A program made the position numbers and the translations under genes. The notes beneath the pieces are model-generated. The model saw only the letters and a program-made list of their open reading frames with translations, was not told the origin of the DNA and made no database searches. A stretch of 64,000 bases of DNA. Origin: Candidatus Marinacidobacterales bacterium. Its GTDB lineage: Bacteria; Acidobacteriota; Vicinamibacteria; Marinacidobacterales; DATDRI01. Below are positions 58,477-64,000 of this stretch, piece by piece (position 1 is the first letter of the stretch; every line of letters starts with the position of its first letter). The stretch spans positions 3,520,001-3,584,000 of the forward strand of contig OZ245365.1 of the NCBI GenBank assembly GCA_965226495.1, written 5' to 3'.

Positions 58477-59400
58477 GTGGCAAGAAGGCTTCGCTTCATA
58501 CCAGAGGGGCACATGGTTGAGGTGGGGAATCGGACCATCCAGGGACGCTACCTGCTCCGTCCAACCCCTGAGCTCCGCAACGTCCTCCTTGGCATCCTCG
58601 GCCGGGCCCAGCGGCTCTATGGCATGTGCATTCACGCGTTTGTGTTTCTATCCAACCACTACCATATGCTCCTGTCACCGACGAGCGCCAAACAACTAGC
58701 CGAATTCATGTGTTTCGTGGACACGAACATCGCTAAGGAGGCCGGGAAGCTGGCCAACTGGAAAGGCAGGTTCTGGGCCGATCGCTATAGCGCGATCGTT
58801 GTAAGCAATGAAGAGCAAGCCCAAGTTGGACGGCTCCAATACGTTCTTTCTAACGGGTGCAAGGAAGGTCTCGTCGCAAGACCCCACGAGTGGCCTGGAG
58901 CCAGCACCACATCGGCCCTTCTAGAGGGCACGCCAACACTCTCCGGCCACTGGTGCGACCGCACCAAAGAGTACCGGGCCAGGCAGGCGGGAAGAACCGA
59001 GCTCTTTGTCGTCCCCGAAACAATCACGCTCTCCCCCTTACCATGTTGGGCTGACCTCGCGGAGAATGAGCGCAGGCTTTGCGTGAGACGAACAGTTCGA
59101 GAAATTGAGGATGCCACGGAGAAAATGCACCGAGAAAACGATTCTTCGCCACTGGGCATAAAGGAGATTTTGCAAAGGCGTCCCCACTCCCATCCAAAGG
59201 ATTTCCAACCTTCACCTGCCCCTCTTTTCCATACGGCTTCCCAGCAGGTACGCCGCTTGCTTAGGGACGCGTATTCCACCTTCGTGATGAACTATCGCCA
59301 CGCTGCTGAACGTTTGAAGGCTGGCGATCTCCAGGTTTGTTTTCCCGCGGGAAGTTTTCCTCCTGCTTGCCCGTACGTACCAGCATCAGGGTTCGGATAG
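58477..59400 (+). CDS. Y1 HUH tyrosine transposase (RAYT/IS200-like)
   Basis: HAFVFLSNHYHMLL (HUH), GRFWADRY, YVLSNGCKEGLV, EWPGAS. Confidence 0.87.
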   Translation: MARRLRFIPEGHMVEVGNRTIQGRYLLRPTPELRNVLLGILGRAQRLYGMCIHAFVFLSNHYHMLLSPTSAKQLAEFMCFVDTNIAKEAGKLANWKGRFWADRYSAIVVSNEEQAQVGRLQYVLSNGCKEGLVARPHEWPGASTTSALLEGTPTLSGHWCDRTKEYRARQAGRTELFVVPETITLSPLPCWADLAENERRLCVRRTVREIEDATEKMHRENDSSPLGIKEILQRRPHSHPKDFQPSPAPLFHTASQQVRRLLRDAYSTFVMNYRHAAERLKAGDLQVCFPAGSFPPACPYVPASGFG

Positions 59401-59444
59401 CACAAAACGCCGGTCGCTATTTCCTCGAACATGGCCGCTAGACA

Positions 59445-61621
59445 TCAGTGCATCGAAAATTGAACGCTGGCGTACGCCGCGAAAGGATCCGCGGGAATTA
59501 CTGCAAAATTGCCAAAACCGCGAGTCTCGAAGTCGCGGTTCGTTAGGTTCTTCAAATTCAGGCTCAGCTTCCATTGGCCAACTCGATAGTAGACGTTCGC
59601 GCCAAGCGTGAAGTATCCAGGGATCTCGAACGCGTTGTCGGGGGCGATGAACTGCCCGCTAACATAACGCACGCCCCCTCCCAGTCCCAAGCCGCTTGCG
59701 AACTCCTGCGTTGTCCATACGTTAAAGATATGCCGCGGGGCGAAAGGAGCTACATTTCCCGACCGCTCGAGGGTGACGAACGGAGGAATTGCACCCGTGA
59801 ACACGCTCTCCGCGAAGTCAGTCAACTCGGAGTCATTGAGCGCGTAGGTAATGAATGAGAACCAAGTGCCTGACACCTGAGTGGCAACCTCCACCTCTAA
59901 GCCTCGGGATCGCTGGTTGCCCGCCTGCTGGGTAATACCACTCGCATCAGGGATTGCGATTTTGTCTCTCTCCAAATTGTAGAACGCCACCGTGGCGTTG
60001 CTGCGGCCGCCGGCAAACTGCTTCTTCAACCCCAGTTCGAACTGCCAAGCTTCCTCGGGCTCTCTCTCCCCGATGACGCGGCTCGAGGGTGGAGCGAAGG
60101 CCTCGCTGTAGCTCGCGTAGATAGAAACGCTCGGGCGCGGCATGAAGACCCCACCCAACATCGGACTAAACGCGGTCGTGTCTCTCGCCGTGTCCGTGAC
60201 CGCATCCTCATAATCAATTGAGTCCCACCGCCCGCCAACGAAGACCTCCACCCGAGAAGAAAAAGCGATATGGTCCAGGAAATACGGCGCGAGCGTGACG
60301 CTCTGCGCGTCGGCGGCCGTGGACAGCCCCGGAATCAGGAAAACCGGCTCGGCAGCCGTCTCAACAGGGTCGAAGAGATCGATGGTCGGCAGGAACCCCA
60401 CATCGAGCGTAAACTCGTCCGTCAGTCGTGTCGCCTCGAAACCCACCAGCGCACGGTGCTCGATCGCTCCCGTCCTGAAACTCACGAGCGCCTCGAGTTG
60501 GTTCCCCAGCAGTTTCTGGCGATCGTCCAGCAGCGTTAGGTTCCGAAATACATCGACACTCCCGGCGGCATTGGGAAACGCGCCCACCAGCAGCGTCCCG
60601 GCGGTCTGCCAATCCAAGTCGGTCAAATAGAACTTGTCCCGCAGTGTCACGTGCGCATTGAGCTCGGAACGAACGTCCGCGCGCAACCGGTAGATCCCCT
60701 GCTCCGAGGCGTCCAACGGGGATTGATAGGATCGTGTCCGCGGAACCTCCGGCACCTCGTTGAAGAGTAGCGGCAGCCCGGAGTCCGGCTTGTATTCGTT
60801 GTTCACATACTCGAAGTTGACGTTCACGTTCGTTTTTCAGTGACCTCGAAATAGACAACGGGATTGACCGCGAACTGCCGGTTGTCCTTATCATCCCGAT
60901 AAAACTCCGAGCTCGTGTAGGCTGCATTCACACGCAATGCCGCGCGGCCATCGGAGCGAGAGACGTTGACATCCGCCGTCCCCTGCAAAGACTGGAAAGA
61001 GCCCAGATTCAGCTTGAAGTCGGCGGTATTCTTCGCCACCGGTGCCTTGCGAATGAGGTTCACTGTGCCGGACAAAGGATTCCCACCGTATAGGAACGCC
61101 GCCGGCCCCTTGAGCACCTCGACGCGCTCCACGTTGTAAAGCTGATAAAAAGTACTCTCCGGCTCGAAAGCGCCATCGGTCATGACCAGGCCGGTATCGA
61201 GAGAATCGAAGCCCCGGACCGTAAAGAAATCGAAAACACCGAACCCGGTGGCCACGTTCACTCCGCTGACGTTCTGCAGAGCCTCGCCGAGGATCGTCGC
61301 ATTTTGACGCTCGAAAACGAATCGGGGAACGACTCCAACACTTGCCGGCGTCGATTGCCGCGAGACCGGGATCTTTGCGAAGGTGCTTTCCATCGTCGGA
61401 ATCGCATCCACGCTTCCCTCCACGAGAACACGTTCCTCGAACCGGGGCGGCGCGGTCTCCTCGGCAGACTGCTCCTTCGATTTCTCGTCGGGCGCTTGTT
61501 CCACCCTTTCTTCCGATTCGGCCTGGTTGGTGTCCTGAGGGCCCCACAACCCGGAGGCCGGCGCCCCCCAGAGCAATACGCCGATGCTGACTCCTACCAG
61601 TCGGACGCAAACAAGGTTCAT
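59445..61621 (-). pseudogene. TonB-dependent receptor (siderophore-type), split by a 1-bp frameshift
   Basis: Plug (ALQNVSGV, VRGF, VERVEVLKGPAAFLYG) in 60824-61621; barrel (RSRGLEVE, NLKNLTNRDF) in 59445-60827; A5 to A6 at 60833-60837 fuses them. Confidence 0.88.
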
Positions 61622-61727
61622 CTCTTCGTCAAGCCTTTCTCAAGCTCCAAGAGCCGGCATTATAACCCGCCCCGACACAAAGATCCATGGCGGCTTGCAC
61701 GCAAGGTCAATACAATGGGACGGAGAT

Positions 61728-63443
61728 ATGAAAAAACAGGAACCGGAAGCCCCCAACGCGGTGCCATCGCTGGACTTCATCCGGGCCAAGGTCGCGGAAG
61801 ATCTAAAGGCCGGCAAGAACGGCGGGCGTGTGGTGACACGATTCCCTCCCGAACCCAACGGTTACCTGCACATCGGCCACGCCAAGTCCATCTGCCTCAA
61901 CTTTGGCGTCGCCGCAGAGAACAAAGGCGTCTGCAACTTGCGCTACGACGACACGAATCCAGCAAAAGAAGATGTCGAATACGTGGAATCGATCAAGGAG
62001 GACGTACGCTGGCTCGGCTTCGACTGGGGCGACCGAGAATTCTATGCTTCCGACTACTTCGACAGGCTCTACGAGTACGCCCTGCAACTCATCAAAGATG
62101 GGAAGGCTTACGTCGACAGCCTCGCGGCGGACGAGATCCGACAGTACCGGGGCACCTTGACCGAACCCGGCAAAGATAGCCCCCACCGAAAACGCTCGGT
62201 CGAAGAGAACCTCGACCTGTTCGAGCGAATGAAAGCCGGCGAGTTCGAAGACGGAACGCACGTCCTGCGCGCCAAGATCGATATGGCATCGGGCAACATC
62301 AACATGCGTGACCCCACGCTCTACCGGATCCGCCGCGTGCCACACCACCGGACCGGCGACAGATGGTTGATCTACCCGATGTACGACTTCACGCACGCAC
62401 TGTCGGACTCCATCGAAGGGGTCACACACTCGCTGTGCACACTGGAATTCGAAGATCACCGACCCCTATACGACTGGACGCTCGACGAAACAAGTGTCGA
62501 GTGCCACCCTCAACAGATCGAGTTTGCGCGACTCAACCTCAGCTACACGGTGATGAGCAAGCGGAAACTCTTGGAGCTCGTCGAGGGAGGCCACGTCTCG
62601 GGCTGGGACGATCCCCGCCTCCCCACCATCGGTGGGTTGCGTAGGCGAGGCTATACGCCGGAGTCCATTCGAGATTTTTGCACGCGCATTGGTGTGGCAA
62701 AAAAGAGCAGCGTCGTCGACATGGCGCAACTCGAACACGCGGTGAGGGAAGACCTGAACAAACGCGCACCGCGAGTGATGGCGGTGCTGCGTCCACTACG
62801 AATCGTGCTCGAGAATTATCCCCAAGAGCAAGTCGAGGAACTGGAGGCAGTAAACAATCCGGAAGACCCCGAGGCAAGCACCAGAAAGGTCCCCTTTTCG
62901 CGTGTCCTCTACATCGAACGTGAGGATTTCCAAGAAGACCCGCCGAAGAAGTTCTTCCGTCTAGCACCCGGCCGCGAGGTCCGCCTCCGTTACGCGTATC
63001 TCATCACCTGCCAGAATGTCGTTAAAGATGACCGCGGGGAGATCGTCGAGCTTCGTTGCACCTACGACCCGGAAACACGTGGAGGCTCGGCGCCCGATGG
63101 ACGTCGCGTGAAGGGCACACTGCATTGGGTCTCGGCTGCTCACGCGATCCCCGCGGAAGTCCGCCTCTACGATCGGCTCTTCACCGTAGAAGATCCGGGA
63201 GACGTCGAAGACGGCGAAGACTACAAATCCTACCTGAACCCGAATTCTCTCGAGATCCTTACCACATGCCAGGTCGAGCCCAGCCTCGCGGAAGCCACGC
63301 CAGGATACCGATGTCAGTTCGAGCGACAGGGCTACTTTTCCGTCGACCCCGACTCCTCGAACAACTCCCTGGTCTTCAACCGAACGGTGAGCCTCAGGGA
63401 TAGCTGGGCCAAGATCGAAAAAGCGCAGAAGATCAAGCCCTAA
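61728..63443 (+). CDS. glnS: Glutaminyl-tRNA synthetase
   Basis: [48 protein letters not shown]; GGAG before ATG 61728. Confidence 0.97.
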   Translation: MKKQEPEAPNAVPSLDFIRAKVAEDLKAGKNGGRVVTRFPPEPNGYLHIGHAKSICLNFGVAAENKGVCNLRYDDTNPAKEDVEYVESIKEDVRWLGFDWGDREFYASDYFDRLYEYALQLIKDGKAYVDSLAADEIRQYRGTLTEPGKDSPHRKRSVEENLDLFERMKAGEFEDGTHVLRAKIDMASGNINMRDPTLYRIRRVPHHRTGDRWLIYPMYDFTHALSDSIEGVTHSLCTLEFEDHRPLYDWTLDETSVECHPQQIEFARLNLSYTVMSKRKLLELVEGGHVSGWDDPRLPTIGGLRRRGYTPESIRDFCTRIGVAKKSSVVDMAQLEHAVREDLNKRAPRVMAVLRPLRIVLENYPQEQVEELEAVNNPEDPEASTRKVPFSRVLYIEREDFQEDPPKKFFRLAPGREVRLRYAYLITCQNVVKDDRGEIVELRCTYDPETRGGSAPDGRRVKGTLHWVSAAHAIPAEVRLYDRLFTVEDPGDVEDGEDYKSYLNPNSLEILTTCQVEPSLAEATPGYRCQFERQGYFSVDPDSSNNSLVFNRTVSLRDSWAKIEKAQKIKP

Positions 63444-64000
63444 TCCTGACCTCCGTAACTAGCCGCATATTCTTTCTCCAACGCCTTCACCTTCTTGGAC
63501 GAAATCCCCCCAAGAGCGTCGATCGCGCGCCGGAGCCGCATCCGGACTATGTCCAAGCCCAGAATCTCCATGGACTGAAAGAGTGGTGTGGAGGCCTTAA
63601 CACCCGTGATCGCGACGTAAAAGGGTCGCGACAAGTCACGAAGAGAAATTTCGAACCGCTCCGAGAGATCACGGAAAACTTTCTCGATAGCGTTGCCCGT
63701 GAAGCGCTTCTCCTGCTCCAGACGCCAGGTTGCGAACTGTAGAAGTTCCTTCAACTCATCGGGCGTCTTGCCTTTCAGCTGAAGAGCATCGGCCTCGTAT
63801 GGCACCGCGTCGGAGAAGAAGAAGGCGGTCAGGTATCCCCAATCGGAAAGTGTTTCCATCCGCGGTCGAGCCAACGGAATGATCCGGTCGAGCGAGTCCT
63901 CACCAAGGCCCCAATTCTGGAGGGCCGTACGGAGCGAGGCGGTGTCATAGTCTTCCCGGATATACCGGCCGTTCAGCCACCGAAGTTTCTCTACGTCGAA
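63440..64000 (-). CDS. gltX: Glutamyl-tRNA synthetase, C-terminal anticodon-binding part (5' end outside window)
   Basis: [23 protein letters not shown]...[12 protein letters not shown]. Confidence 0.88.
   Translation of the reverse strand, partial: FDVEKLRWLNGRYIREDYDTASLRTALQNWGLGEDSLDRIIPLARPRMETLSDWGYLTAFFFSDAVPYEADALQLKGKTPDELKELLQFATWRLEQEKRFTGNAIEKVFRDLSERFEISLRDLSRPFYVAITGVKASTPLFQSMEILGLDIVRMRLRRAIDALGGISSKKVKALEKEYAASYGGQD

Noticed and set aside
61622-61727. Riboswitch or Fur box upstream of the TonB receptor
   Set aside because: About 100 nt shared with the divergent glnS upstream region; no recognisable consensus
1-64000. Alternative genetic code with TGA reassigned
   Set aside because: Many intact core genes end in TGA (kdsA, kdsD, pyrH, thrC) with ATGA coupling to the next gene
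1-64000. CRISPR array, cas genes, tRNA, rRNA or prophage
   Set aside because: No regularly spaced repeats, cloverleaf, rRNA-like stretch or phage hallmark genes seen by eye

Overview
GC-rich bacterial chromosome segment. Gene content suggests Acidobacteriota (Vicinamibacteria-like); this is an inference. The left part is core genome: pyrG(3')-kdsA-kdsD-kdsC-lapA-lapB; a reverse-strand pilMNOPQ cluster followed by two lipoproteins, a TPR protein, a roadblock (MglC-like) protein, an Xaa-Pro peptidase, accB-accC-folD-coaE; and rplM-rpsI-rpsB-tsf-pyrH-frr-thrC-alaX. The accessory middle holds a TAXI-TRAP transporter, an M1 peptidase, an SSS symporter, mltB split by an intact IS256 (8-bp TSD), a RAYT-like Y1 transposase and a frameshifted TonB receptor; convergent glnS/gltX close the window. 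Two standout signals: (1) a single frame 28673-30805 that the ORF track splits at an in-frame TGA, reading TM anchor + peroxiredoxin-like RGDW(U)PFC domain + GAF-like domain + histidine kinase, with a SECIS-like hairpin whose loop starts 21 nt after the TGA, i.e. a candidate selenocysteine redox-sensor kinase; (2) an ~18 kb cluster (40118-57963) with an EhpF-like adenylating enzyme, a non-canonical ALDH-fold reductase, an Fe-ADH, a CxxC-bearing GT4 glycosyltransferase, a large MacB/FtsX ABC exporter and five secreted PQQ-type beta-propellers, but no phenazine core genes in the window. Several small frame disruptions may be real lesions or assembly errors. All family assignments come from motif recognition; no database search was run.
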